A stretch of 64,000 nt of DNA from NCBI RefSeq assembly GCF_036321535.1, contig NC_087472.1, positions 102,736,001 through 102,800,000 on the forward strand, written 5' to 3'. The notes beneath the pieces are model-generated. The model worked only from the letters and a program-made list of their open reading frames with translations, was not told the DNA's origin and did no database searches. Made by a program: the position numbers and the translations under genes. The stretch comes from Camelus dromedarius. Lineage: Eukaryota. Positions 1 through 12,528 of this stretch are shown in pieces. Position 1 is the stretch's first letter; each line of letters starts with the position of its first letter.

Positions 1-248
1 AGTGTCTAGAGAGCTGGCTCCTGGCTTGCTCTCCCACACACACTCTCTCTCTCTCTCTCTCTCTCTCATTTGAAGACAGTGAGAAGATAGCCATCTATAA
101 GCCAGAAAGAGGGCTCTCACAAGAACTGAATTGGTTGGCACCTTGAGCTTGTACTTTCCAGCCTCTAGAGCTATGAGAAAGAAATTTCTATTGTTTAAGC
201 CACCCAGTTTGTGCTATTTTGTTACGGCAACCAAAGCTGACTAAATAC
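1..248 (+). mobile_element. MaLR LTR (MLT1A/B or MST-like), 3' part
   Basis: Typical MaLR 3' end: ccagcctctagagctatgagaaagaaatttctattgtttaagccacccagtttgtgctattttgttacggcaacc...ctaaataca; contains a (CA)n(CT)n run at 34-67. Confidence 0.85.
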
Positions 249-1049
249 ACACTGGCTTAGAGGATCAGTGCGAAATCCCTGCTGCTGGCCTATGATCTGC
301 CTTCAACTCGAGGAAGCCATGCTGGAGGTTGTATGGGAGAATAAAAGAGCAGCTCGGTTATGTGAGATTGAGGGGAAAAAAAAAAAAAAAGTGTCTCTGA
401 AGTGTTTTGACGACATCCTGGGTCTTAACTTCAGGATTCAGGGGGAGAAACAGACTAGGATAAACTGAGAATATTCACAATGTTTTAAATAGGGAGAACT
501 GTGCTGTTGAATAATAATGTCAATGCTAACTAGAAGATGTTAACAAATCCTAGTCTTGTGAAAGCTTGTGACCCTCATTTGAACCAGTGTTCATAGAGGT
601 TGAAACAGTGACCTTTTATTTAGGCTGAATGGAAAGTAAAATTATTATTGAAAAGTTGGCTGCAATTCTAGGGTAAGACACCGCTATTATCTATCACAAT
701 GAAAGAAGAGAAGAACCACTTCTATTCTGATCAAAAGATGCAGGGCACTGAGAAGCAATTTAATCTAACTCCATACTTTGTGCATTTGATATAAAACTGA
801 ATATCAAAGTTTCTTCTTTTGGAGTCGTTTTGTAGTGACACGTTCAAACCCTAGAGATGTGAGACCCAGGGAAATAAAAATGTGGACTCCTTTGTCTGTG
901 AGGGTGCCATCAGTGTGCTTGCTGAATTGGTCTACGATTTGGAGTTCTGTGGATCAGTTTCTCCTTCTAGTCTACCATCCTTGTAGCCTGTCACAAGCAT
1001 TCAGAAGACCCTCTCTAGGATCGGGGTAGAGTCTGCAGACAGGAGATAG

Positions 1050-1400
1050 ACCATTCATTTCACTGCTGAATAGCATTCCATTGTATTTGCCTCTGTATTA
1101 TGATTTATGTATCCAATCTACTATTTGATGGATGTCTGTATTGATTCTTTTATTTACTGTTAATACAAACATGATTCTATGATCATAAGTGTTTCCTGGT
1201 ACTCATGTACAAGAGCTTTCCAGGATCTATTTCCAGAAACAGACTAAATTGGTGGTGGTACATTATGTGCATATTTATTTTTAGTAGCATTATCTCCTAA
1301 AGTGGATGGGTCAAGTGACCATTAATTCTTATTAATCTGTAAATTATTTTAGATTTTCTTATGAATAAGAGTTTTTCTCAACCCCTAGATGTTTTAATTG
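1050..1400 (-). mobile_element. Old L1 (L1ME-like) 3' fragment
   Basis: ttcattttcactgctgaatagcattccattgtat...ttgatggatgtctg resembles the antisense L1M 3' end. Confidence 0.6.
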
Positions 1401-1679
1401 TCTGCCATGCCTTCCTGCAATGGCTAATAAGTATCTCTAGTACAATGTTGAAGAAGTGGTAATGATGGACCCTTTTGTATTGTTTTGAAATTCTGATGTA
1501 TTTTAAAGTAAATTTATTATAGCTTTCACTCTTTTAAAATATTATTTTGTTTTCCAGCTCTTAAAATAATGATATTTCTTATAAAGCCAAATACCATGAT
1601 CACTTTAGCAAAATTAACATTCCCATGATATAATCTAAGAAATCTCAACAGGTGAAACTTTTTTCTTGGAGGCATATGT

Positions 1680-1843
1680 GAAAAAATCTTACTCTTTTTA
1701 TATCTGAAGCACAAATATACATACAGTACATAAACAGATACATATCGGTGGTACTAAAATTTCTTTTGGGAAACAATTAGCAAAACAATGTTTAAAAAAG
1801 TTCATTGAGGGGATGATTATGAAAAACTGGTTGAGAAACACTG
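1680..1843. mobile_element. hAT-Charlie-type DNA transposon remnant
   Basis: Ends in ggttgagaaacactg, the reverse complement of a Charlie-type terminal repeat. Confidence 0.5.
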
Positions 1844-1929
1844 ATAAAATCTAACACACAGTCCCTATCTAAAATTTCCCAACTTCCCCCCCAAAATTCT
1901 TTCAACTGATAATTATGTATACTGGATAC

Positions 1930-2650
1930 AAATCCTTAGTAAGACATATATATTGCAAATATTTTCTTTTATGTGTATTGCCTTTGTCTTTTCATATTTC
2001 TAATGTTGAAATTTTAGAGAAAAAGATTGATTTTGATGAAGTCTAATTTATCAACTTTTTATTATTATGGTTTGTTCTTTTTGCATTCTATTTAAGAAAT
2101 ATTTGTTTACCATGAGCTGACAAATATTTTCTCCCATGTTTTAAAAGTCTTACAGTTTTAGCTTTTACATTTAGTTCTACAATCCATTTTGAGTTAATTT
2201 TTGTGTATGATGTGAGGTAAGAGTCAGGATTTATGTTTTTAAATTGGATGTCTGTTTGATCTAGCATCATTTGTTGAAAGACTTTCTTTTGCCTTCTAAT
2301 TGGCTTAGCACCTTTATTGAAAGTCATTTGACATGTATGTATGGGCCCGTTTCTGTATTCTGTTTTGCTCTATTAATCCGTATGTCTATCCTTATGTAAA
2401 TATCAGTTTTGACCTCTGTAGCTTTATAGCAAGTCTTGAAATTTGGAAGTGTGATTCCTCCAACTTTGTTATTTTCCAATTTGTTTTAGTTATTCTAGAT
2501 CCTACACATTTCCTTATGAACTTTAGAATCAGCTTATCGATTTTTACAAAAAAAAAATTCTGAGTTTTAGATTAGTATTATGTTAAATTTATAGATTAAT
2601 GTGGAAAATTGAGATCTTAACAATATTGAGACTTCCATATGCCATACATA
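1930..2650 (-). mobile_element. L1M ORF2 C-terminal fragment (decayed)
   Basis: ORF 2088..2327(-) translates FNKGAK...[22 protein letters not shown], typical of the L1 ORF2 C-terminal region. Confidence 0.9.
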
Positions 2651-3409
2651 GTATATGTTGTACTTTAAGTTTCTAACAAATAAATCCAGTATATTTTCCT
2701 TTAACTTGTGGCAAAGATGTGCATATTATGTGAGTCTATCTGGTTCTGAAAATTCTGTGGTACTTCTTGAGGGCCAACAAAGCACCAATGCTGGACTTTC
2801 TCTTCCGTTGTCTACCCTAAATCATTATGTTGGCAGCTTGGATCTAAGAAAGGATCAGAGTTAAGGATTTATACCTACACTGCATGTCAGCTTAGATTTC
2901 CTTTCCACATACTTAGAGATTCAATTAAAATAACTTTGTCATAAAGAAGCCCTCTTAGCACTAAACCTTACCCAGAACTATTCATTATGTCCCTTATGTA
3001 AAATAATGCTATGAAATACCCACTCTCAGTGAAGCAGGTGGTAAGAAACGTGCAGTGTCTATCTGGATATGTTTTTCATTTTTTAACATGCACAGCACAA
3101 GAACTTGGAAATAAGATTTGTTTAGATGTTTGATCAAATTCTTTGTCATCTACCACTGGGAACATGCTGATCTCCCACTCAGTGGTACAGGTTATCTTCA
3201 AGTTTTAAGACACCAGTTAATTTTTTTTCCTTCCCGTGAGAAGTGCCTAATTGATGAACATTGAAATGTCAATAGGAGCACAGCTCAGCAATCATTCATT
3301 GATGTTATCACCTTTATCTCCTCCTACTGACATTGGCACAACATCTGCTTACTTTCTGCCCTTGTTCTTTATCTGAATCCAACAAGCCTAACATAAGAAA
3401 TTGTTCAAG

Positions 3410-4915
3410 GGCAATGAAATCAGCAAGATGGCAGAATAGAGTTCAGCCATCATCCCTCCACAGAACATTGATTTTGACAACTACCCATGGTTGAGTCCTA
3501 GAAGGAGAAGAGAGAGAAAGGGGCAGAAAGCTTATTTAAGTAATGGCTGAACATGTCCCCTATCTGGGAAGATATAGACATCCAGGTACATGAAGTGCAT
3601 GGGTCCCCAATAAAATCCAATCCAAGGAGAACTTCACTGAGACACATAATAAAACTGTCAAAAATCAGAGAGAATTTTGAAAGCAACAAGAGAAAATAAA
3701 CTCATTACGTACAAAGAAACCCCCATAAGAGTATCACATTTCTCAGTATAGACCTTGCAGTTCAGCAGAGAGTGGGATGATATATTCAAAGTATTGAAAG
3801 AAAAAAACTACCAACCAGGAATACTTTAGCTGGCACAACTATCCTTCAGAAATGAATGAGAGAGAAAGACTTTTCCAAACAAACAAAAGCTGAGGGAATT
3901 CATCACCATAAATCTGCCTTATAAGAAATCTGAAGGGAGTCCTTCAAATTGAAATGATCAAAATTAAGTTATCAGCTTAAAACAGGCTATGATAACTATA
4001 CAATGTTTTACGTAAGCCTCATGGTAACCCCAAAATAAAAACCTGGGGAGTGGGTATAGCACGATGGTAGAGTGCCTGCTTAGCATGCATGAGGCCCTGG
4101 GTTCAATCCCCAGTATCTCCATTAAAATAAAGAAATAAACCTAATTGCCTCCTGCCAAAAATTTTTTAAAAAACCCCAAACCCTATAGTACATACACAAA
4201 AGATACGGAAAAAGGAATCAAAGCATATAACTACAGAAAATCATCAATTCACAAAATAAGACAGTGAGAAAGAAAATGAACTATGAAATAGCCAGAAAAC
4301 AATGAACAAGATGGCAAGAGTAAGTCCTTACAGATCAATAATTATTTTGAATGTAAATGGATTAAATTCTCCAATCAAAAGAGTGGCTGAATGGGTAAAA
4401 AACAAGACAACTATATACTGCCTACTCAATTCAGCTTTATGGACACACAAAGGCTGAAAATAAAGGGATGGCTAAAGATACTCCTTGCAAATGGTCACCA
4501 GAAGACAGCAGGGTTAACTATATTTATTTAAGACAAAATAGACTAAGTCAAAAATTGTAACAAGGGACAAAGGGCATTATGTACTGATAAAGGGGTTAAT
4601 TAATCAAGAATATATAACAATCGTAAATATATATGCATCCAATATGAAAGCACCTAAATATATTAAGCAAAACCAAATACATCTGAAAAGAGGAATAGAC
4701 AGCAATGCAATAATGTTAGGGGACTTTGATACTTCATTTTCAACAAAGGTTAGATCATCTAGACAGAAAAATTAATAAGAAAATATTGGACTTGAACTAT
4801 GCTTTAGAACTGTGAGGCGATGGATATGTTACTTAGCTTGACTGTAGTAATCATTTCACAATGTATATGTACATATAATTTTTATTTGTCAGTATTACCT
4901 CAATAGAACTGGGGG
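3410..4915 (+). mobile_element. Internally deleted L1 (5' end, ORF1 3' half, endonuclease part, 3' end)
   Basis: Starts with L1 5' motif cagcaagatggcagaatag; ORF1-like 3495-3955; endonuclease-like 4310-4810; L1MA/MB-type 3' end 4811-4915; imperfect TSD aagaaattgttcaag (3395-3409) / aagaattgtgcaag (4916-4929). Confidence 0.85.
4045..4172 (+). mobile_element. tRNA-Ala-derived SINE (camelid vic-1-like)
   Basis: tRNA-like head ggggagtgggtatagc...cttagcatgcatgaggccctgggttcaatcccc, then the aaataaacctaatt body and A-rich tail; inserted in L1. Confidence 0.9.
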
Positions 4916-5095
4916 AAGAATTGTGCAAGTACCAAAGATTCAAACCATCCTTTATAGTGTGGTGGGTTTTTAAATCTGGAGCTATTTTCTCATAAATAAG
5001 AACAATGCTTTTGTTTAATAGAGCAGAAAGGTGCAATTTCATCAATTGTAGTAAAAGTTGTAAAATTATAGGCAAAGCATAAAATGGGTAAAAGA

Positions 5096-5330
5096 CCAAA
5101 TATATTTGAGATTCTCTATGTGCCTGCAGTTGTGCTAGGTGCCGGGAACACACTGGTGAACAAGACCGACATGACCTTCTCATCCTCACAAAGCTTACAG
5201 CTCCCAGGAAAATATACAATAAACAAGTGTGAGGAAGGCAGAAAGGGGACGTGAGGGTGCTTTGCTGAACAGCTCAGAGGAAGTCTTAGTCTCCTCTGGC
5301 ACTGGGTGTTCCAACTGGCACCTAAACCTC
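5096..5330 (-). mobile_element. L2 3' fragment
   Basis: ctatgtgcctgcagttgtgctaggtgccgggaacacactggtgaacaagac is the antisense L2 3' end. Confidence 0.75.
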
Positions 5331-5377
5331 TCTGGTTAGTAAATGTTTGAGTTACAGTAACCAACTCATTGGGCTAT

Positions 5378-5460
5378 CGGAGGCAAGTCACTTAAGTTCT
5401 TCCAGCCTCAGCCTCCTCCACCGTAAAATAAGGGAAAGTCCTTTTTGATCTCTGGGACAC
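5378..5460 (+). mobile_element. MIR fragment
   Basis: ggcaagtcacttaagttcttccagcctcagcctcctccaccgtaaaataagg (MIR core). Confidence 0.7.
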
Positions 5461-5639
5461 CTATGCTAATATAAGATGATATTATTTCTTCTGTGAGAGT
5501 TATAACACTGAGTAACTTATCGACCACCAAGTTGAAAACCAAGGGATGTATACTTCTCTCAGTCTGAAGTTTTGACACGAGAGCTATCTGTTATGAGGTA
5601 GGAAAAAATTCTGAGCCTTTGGATGTAAAATGTAGCTTG

Positions 5640-5792
5640 AAGTATCTCAACTCAGGCTTTACAGTAGGATCACCAGGGGAGCCTTAAAAAAAAAAAAAGA
5701 TACCCAGGTACAGAACCTATGGAGCTGGGTCCCAGGCATAATATTTTTCAAAATTTATCTAAGTGATTCCAATGTGCAGCCAGAGTTAAAAA
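5640..5792. mobile_element. MER5-type hAT MITE
   Basis: atcaccaggggagccttaaaaa...aagtgattccaatgtgcagccagagtt. Confidence 0.7.
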
Positions 5793-5867
5793 TTTTGTAC
5801 CATTTATTAATAGAGTCCTTCATCTGTGACCCAGGGGTTTCACATCTTCTGCCAGCATCCACGAAAC

Positions 5868-6261
5868 TGTGGCTGGCTAACTTGTCAGTTTGTAGTCAGG
5901 GTGACAGGTCAGACCCTGAACAGTGAGTTTTTGACAAGATGTTGAAGGAGACGCTTTTATTCCCGATGTTTCCTTTTGGTAGCTAGAGCCCCATTAAAAT
6001 TATACTCTGGCCTCTCTCTCCCCCTTTATTGGATACACCCCAAGGGGGTGGAGGTCATCTGACTGGTAAGATGGAAGACTGGGGCCTACCCATAGTCCAG
6101 CTCTACCCCTGGTTCTCTCTTGAGGGCTTGTTTTGCACAAGGAGTGGGAGTTCTCTCTCCCACATTTCCCCAGCATGCCTACAATAGGCGGGAAAGTCCA
6201 CTATTTCTTGAGTTCATTTCGCAGGTCCATTTAGCCCCTACAACAAACTACCTGTTTCACA
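5868..6261 (-). mobile_element. Probable old solo LTR, family not determined
   Basis: TG...CA termini and a minus-strand AATAAA (tttatt at about 5957) about 90 bp from the end. Confidence 0.4.
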
Positions 6262-6679
6262 CTGGCCTCTATCAGTAATAAAGGTGACATTTTGGCTTCT
6301 AATTGTTCTTTATTACCCACAGCACAGCAAGCAGAATGGGTTTCATGTTTGTGCTGTATCCCTTGCCCTCCAAGGGAAACACTGTTTCTGTCTTCCAAGG
6401 CTGATGAATATACAACTGCCCTTGAAAAGACTGTCTAAAATAAAGGCTGTCATGGCCTCTGCCCACAAGACATGTGGAAATGTGAGAGACCCATAGAGAA
6501 TCATCTCCCAAAATATTCATGGATGGTTACATCCATTTTGATTTAAATCTAACCTTGAGAGGTAAAGCTTGAGATCGGTCTATGACCATTATGGTAGCTT
6601 TTGAAATAAATGTTATTTTACACACATTGGATCATCGTAAGGTCTGGCAGCCTCTAGCCCAACATACCTATCTTGTAAC

Positions 6680-7118
6680 TGTCAAAGGTTGAGTTTCCTG
6701 GGAAGCAGACTCTAACATGGAGTTTAGGATGCGGATGCTTTTTAAGGGTTGCCCTTGGGATCACCACCTGTGGAAGGGAAGAGGAGGAAAGGGAGCAGGA
6801 CTGGACAAGGGTGAAGCTGAACCGCCATGCAGAACCAACCAGAGCCTCGGCCGACCCAACCAGGAACTCTAGAGTGCAAATGGCCCTTCAGAGTTGTCCC
6901 CAGTTGTGTTAAGGTGACCAGACCTTACATTCATGCATGGATCTGTTACTGGCTAGGTGTTGTCCTGAAGAGGATGTGACCTTGGGAGAGAGGGATCTCT
7001 GTAACCAAGGCAATTTGTGAAGGGGCTGACCGCTGAAGGCTGTCAGCTGGCGCCCAGAAGCTGGGGCAAGTTCTTCCTTGAAGGGGAATCTGGGCTGCAC
7101 AGCCCAGTGTCCACCATG
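6680..7118 (-). mobile_element. ERVL LTR (LTR16 family)
   Basis: gggaagcagactctaacatggag...cttgggatcaccacctgtggaaggg...gcccttcagagttgtccc...gaaggggaatctggg matches antisense LTR16. Confidence 0.8.
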
Positions 7119-7435
7119 ATAGCAAAGGCTGGAAAACAGCATTGGGGTCACTGATTAATGGTGGTCATTTCTCTTAAAAAGTAAATTTTCTAAATTTATG
7201 GACAGTTGAATGGGCATTCCATTACACACGTATGAATATCTTATTAGTCTTCTGAAATCCAGAATACCAATGAGCCAGCTGTGTGGCAGATGATGGCACA
7301 TGGCACTGCTGGGCTCAGAGGCCTCTGCTTTGCTGTTTAGAGCCTGAGTGGATGGTAGGTCTGTGCTTAACATCAAAGGGGCTCATTTATCTCAGACTTT
7401 TGATTCCATGCCTAATTTAATCCAGAAAAGGAACA

Positions 7436-7570
7436 AAATCCCACTCCTGGGCATATACTGGAAGAAAGTAATTCAAAAAGATACATGCACCCCAATGTTC
7501 ATAGCAGCACTAGTTACAATAGCCAAGACATGGAAACAACCTAAATGTCCACTGACAGATGACTGGAGAT

Positions 7571-7605
<35 letters not shown>

Positions 7606-8085
7606 ACACACACACACAAGAATACTACTCAGCCATAAAAAAGAATAAAATAATGCCATTTGCTGCAACATGGATGGGCCTGGAGGTCGTCATTCTAAGC
7701 CAGAAAGAGAAAGAAAAATACCATATGATATCACTTATATGTAGAATCTTAAAAAAAAAAAAGACACAAATGAACTTATTTACAAAACAGAAACAAAGAC
7801 TCACAGGCAGAGAATAAATTTATGGTTACCGGTGGGAAAGGAGGGTGGAGGGATAAATTGGGAGTTTGGGATTTGTAGATACTAATTACTATATATAAAA
7901 TAGATAAATAAGGTCCTACTGTATAGCACAGGGAACAGTATTCAATATCTTGTAATGACCTCTAATGAACAATAATACAAAAAGGAATATATATGTGTAT
8001 AAATGAATCACTATGCTGTACACTAGAAATTAACACAACATTGTAAATCGACTATACTTCAATTAAAAAAAAAGCAATAAAAAGA
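7436..8085 (+). mobile_element. 5'-truncated lineage-specific L1 (ORF2 end, 3'UTR, A-tail)
   Basis: Translates IPLLGIY...[23 protein letters not shown]; artiodactyl-type 3'UTR; (TA)n(CA)n at 7571-7618; A tail. Confidence 0.95.
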
Positions 8086-9194
8086 ATAGAACAGGAATGA
8101 AACTACTGGCTAAAACTAAAGGCAACCAGTGCTTAGGCTAGAATTGGGGCATTCAATTTTTTTTCTGATACTTTCTGCCCCTTAAAAAGTGAAAAGAATG
8201 TCTGGGAGGTGGTAATGGTGGGAGTTGGTCCCTGGCAATCCACAGGGTTTAACATTTTTGTCCCATTTAGCCTCACTATTCTTCCCATGGATTTCTTGTG
8301 CTGTTTTTTTGGCATGTCTGTGTGGTTGATGTGCAACAAATATATATCAAGTGTAGGAATTATAATGAGTCTTTCATTTTTATCTTCATGCAGGAAGACT
8401 CTGCTCTTGCTCCACGGTTAGTATCCCATGACTACGTAAGTAGAAAGCAGTTCAGCAAAGAGAGTTTCCAATTATCCTAAATAATGTCCAGGGATTTTTT
8501 TTCCTGGAATAATATTAGGCACTTTAACATACAGCTGTGCATCAGCTACTTTCATCTAGTATCGCAGCTCTTTACAACAGCTCTGCCAAATAACACTGCT
8601 GCCATTTTCCAAATGAGGTTGTTCCCTGTCTATGGTCATGTTACTGGAATAGGGATGGCATATTCTAGTTGAAAACTGAGGTGTATATAAAATACAACTT
8701 TATTTTTTTTACTGACAGCTTGATTTCTATTATGAGCTTTGTATCTATTTGGTGGTGAAAAATGTAATCTCAGCTACTTTGGAGGTCCTTCCTTCTGTCT
8801 TTTTAACACTTTCCAGGGGCCCTCGCTCAAAGCCATGTTTCAACTACTCTTGATGGCAGAGTGAATGCTCTACTGTACCATCTATCTTGTACCATCTGCT
8901 CAGACATCCCATTCAGCATTTTTTTTTTTAAACACTCTGGGGTCTTGCCACTTTACATAGTTCTACTGCGAAGAGCAGGGCAAAGACACCCAGGCTCTCA
9001 GATTCCCCAGGCCTATCTTGTGATTTCTGTCCTCCCCTTTCCTCCAATAGTCCCTCAAGAAGGGGCAGGCACAGGACTTAGAGACTCTCCCCCTTCCAGA
9101 AAACACATCCATAATACGTAAGCTGTATTTGCTTCCCCACTGATCCTTTTTTCAGTCATGTCCTAAGGAATCAAGGAATCTTTCATTAAAAATT

Positions 9195-9500
9195 TTTTGC
9201 TGTTGAGGTATAATTTACATGCACTAAAATGCACAGATCATAAGTATACAGTTCACTTACATTTGGCCAATGATTACGATTGTGTAACTCACATCTATAT
9301 TATATTAAGATATAGAACATTTTAATCACCCCCGGAAAGTTCCCTCATGTCTCTTTCCAAACAATTCCCACCCTAATCACTCTTCTGATTTTTATCAGGG
9401 TGTATTAGTTTTAGCCTGATTTGGAATGTCCCATCAGTGGAATCATATAGTGTATACTCTTGTATCTGGCCTTTTTGCACTCAACATCAGGTCTTTGAGA
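9195..9500 (-). mobile_element. L1MB/MC 3' end
   Basis: ttgaggtataatttacatgcactaaaatgcacagatcataagtatacagttc. Confidence 0.85.
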
Positions 9501-9664
9501 TCCCAGGAGTATTTTTAATTTCACTCTTAAATTATCATGCTTTATGTATTCCTTGAGGTCCTTCAAAGCCTAGGACTCTGTAGTCGCAAAGCCTAAACTT
9601 TTGAGACTCAAACGCTTTTTCTGTGCTCTCTTGCTGTATCATAGCTTCCCTTTGACAAAAATTC

Positions 9665-9820
9665 ATCTATTTAAGCAGGGAAAGGTCAAGAAGTACCAGA
9701 AAATGTGGAGAGAATCTGCCAATAGCTCCAAGCATTATCCCATCAGAGAGTCAAGAGCAGACTCAGGATTTCAATCCAGGGCTTTCTGACCCTGGAACAT
9801 CTGCTCTTAACAACCACCCC
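9665..9820 (-). mobile_element. MIR fragment
   Basis: gcagactcaggatttcaatccaggctttctgaccctggaacatctgctcttaac. Confidence 0.65.
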
Positions 9821-10139
9821 TCAAGTTTTCCTAGAAGATTTAAAGAATTTGTTGCTGAGAAGAAGGAGGAAAATGGAGGGTTATTTGGAAATGAGCTGCT
9901 GTTTACTAGAAACAAATGGAAAAGAAGAAAAAAAAGCATTCCAGAGTAAAGCCTTAGGCAGGTCAGCTACCATTGCTGCAACTCAGCAAGCATAAACAAC
10001 AACAAATTAAGGGTTAGGAGTGAAGATTCTCACTGGTGAGATCAAGCCTCCTGAAAAGTATTTTTGATTAAAAATAAGCAGTTGAATTTAGAAGAAGCAT
10101 GGCAGAAACAAGTGCCTTTCCCTTATGGTTTGTAGGATT

Positions 10140-10290
10140 ACTTGAGTTGGACTCTGCCACTAACCAGCTGTGCAGCTTTGGGCAATTCTCATCACTTTTC
10201 TGAGGCTCAATCCCTGCAGTGGTAAAACCAGAGGATTATAGTAAACGGTCACTATGCTTCCTTTTAACTCAAAATCATGATAAAACAATG
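10140..10290 (+). mobile_element. MIR fragment
   Basis: actctgccactaaccagctgtgcagctttgggcaattc...tctgaggctcaat. Confidence 0.7.
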
Positions 10291-11310
10291 TTTGTAGTGC
10301 TCAGTAAACAAGCAGAACAGTTGTTGGTATAATCCAGATTTTTTTTGCCAAAGATGCAGGATGTGCTTGCTAGCTGAGTCAACCACACGGAGGGTTACAG
10401 TTGTGTTTTGTTTCCATAAGGAATGGCATATTCACTGTTTGAAGCCACCATATAAGCATGTAGGGAAAAGAGATGAAAGTGGCTTCAACATGTTCACGGT
10501 CCTCTTGTTTGGAAGCACAAAAATGTGACTTTGAAGATAAATTCAATTTTGATGACAAAAAAACTGTGGTTTGCAGTGTCACGGAATGGTCCAATTCTTC
10601 CAAAGCACATGGGTGCACCCTAGGTAACCTCTAGAGGTCACATAACTAAGAATATCATGGCTTTCAGAGCTGTAATGTTATTAAGTCAGTATGTACCCAG
10701 AACTTCTCTACCGTATTTCAGAACATTTCACATATACTATATTATCATATTATAAAAAATCTTAAAGGTAAAGTTGGGATCTTATTGTCCCCAGTGAAGG
10801 TAAGTAACTCATCCAAGGTCAGAAAACTAATCAGTGGAAAGTTTCAGCTATTACACATGGGAGTTTACTTGGATGTCATTTCAGGATTCATTTTTATATG
10901 CCTGCTTCTGAATTTAGCTTCCAATTTTTGTCTCTTTTATTTGTTCAATCAAAAGACTTTGTTTGACAGAAGTGTTTGTTCTACTGCTATTTTTTTTAAC
11001 TGTCAAAGTTTAAAGATCTTCCATACAAAGAATTGTGGTGAGGGGATAAAAATGGTTCTGTTTTACAGAGTCTCAATAAAAAAGTGGCTGGAGTGCCAGG
11101 CACATCACTTCTGCACACAGGCCCACTGAGCTGAGGTGCTCCAGTCTGAAGTGCCAGGGACAAGGCTCCTGGAATCTGCAAGCAAATGAAACTAGACTAA
11201 GCACAAAGGAAAAAGAAAGAAAAAAAAAAAAAGGGAACAATTCCTGAGAGCAGCCAACATGGCAGAGCAGAAAGACCCTGATTGCACCTCCTCTCATAGC
11301 ACACCAAAAC

Positions 11311-11933
11311 TGTTCTCAGAGCGGTTCCAAGTCTTTGTTCAAAACCCATCAACCTCAACGTTAGCAAGGGTGTCCTTACTCAAAACCTGCCAACCCCCGC
11401 ACCTTTAGCAGGAGTTAACATAAATTTTTAAGTTAAAGGGTCCAGAGATAAGAAAGGAAGCTACAAACGAAAAACCAGATGGAACCAGCTGGGACCAAGA
11501 TGGCAATGAATCTGACCTCCAACAGACCCTGGGCCTCATTATACACTGATTTGACTACACTAGCATATTAAATGACACACCTACTGGCAGCCATGACCCA
11601 ACATTAAGGACCAAAAAAGGATAAAGAGGGGATGGCACCCTTCTCCCTCAGAAAAAGCCCCTCCCCTTCCCTGGTAGACTAATGCACGTGCCACCTCGTC
11701 ATCAGCCTCACTCTTCCTCCTTTTGTCTTTACTCTTTAAAATTAAATCTTTCTTGCCAAGTGGGCAAGAAGTTGATCTGTGAACTTAGTTCCTGCTTCTC
11801 CGGTCTCTGGCCACTGAATAAAGCTGCTGCTTCTGTTGATCTCAGCTTTGGAGAAAGCTGAGAATGGAAAAAGAACACTCCCCGCCGGGCGGGAGTGCCT
11901 CAGCCAGATGAGGGCCGGAGCAGGGTCTGCACA
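11311..11933 (+). mobile_element. Solo LTR (ERV1-like) nested in the L1 5'UTR
   Basis: TG start (tgttctcag), ccaagatggc motif, AATAAA at 11817, CA end (ctgcaca); interrupts the L1 5'UTR. Confidence 0.7.
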
Positions 11934-12528
11934 ACTCAGCTCCTCTCACGTGCACACCAGAACCCCAACTATCTGCAGAGCCACCCATGGAAAAGTCTGG
12001 AACCTACCAGAAAAGATTTTCTACAGGTAAAAGCATAAAGAAGAAACCACAACGAGATGGTGGGAGGGGCGGGCTCGTGATATAATCAAGCCCCATACCC
12101 CCGGGGTGGGGGACCCACAAATGGGAGAATTCTAGTGCAGAGGTTCTCCAACAGGACTGAGAATTCTGAGCCCCACATTGGGCTCCCCAGCCCAGGGGTC
12201 TGGCACCAGGAGATGAGCCCCCAGAGCATTTGGCGTTGAAGGCTAGCGAGGCTTAAATGCAGGAGCCCCAAAGGACTGCGGGGGAAAGAGAGACTTCACT
12301 CTTAAAAGGCCACACAAAACCTCATGTGCACCGGGCCCCAGGGCAAAAGCAGTAATTTAATGGGAGCCTGGGCCAGACCTACCTGCTGGTCTTGGAGAGC
12401 CTCCTGGAGAGGTGGTGGCGGGGGAAGCGGTTATAGCTCACCCTGGGGACAGAGACACTGGCCGCCACCATATTTGGGAGCTTGTTCCACCACGTGGAAG
12501 CCAGTGCTGGTGGTACCATTAGCTTCTT

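Noticed and set aside
4045..4121. tRNA-Ala gene (also at about 17780-17857, 31672-31733, 57115-57190)
   Set aside because: Each head is followed by the same SINE body and A-rich tail and sits inside another repeat, so these are SINEs
8370..8422. 23-bp plus-strand micro-exon (tcatgcag|gaagac...ccacg|gttagt)
   Set aside because: Weak donor, length not a multiple of 3, no other support
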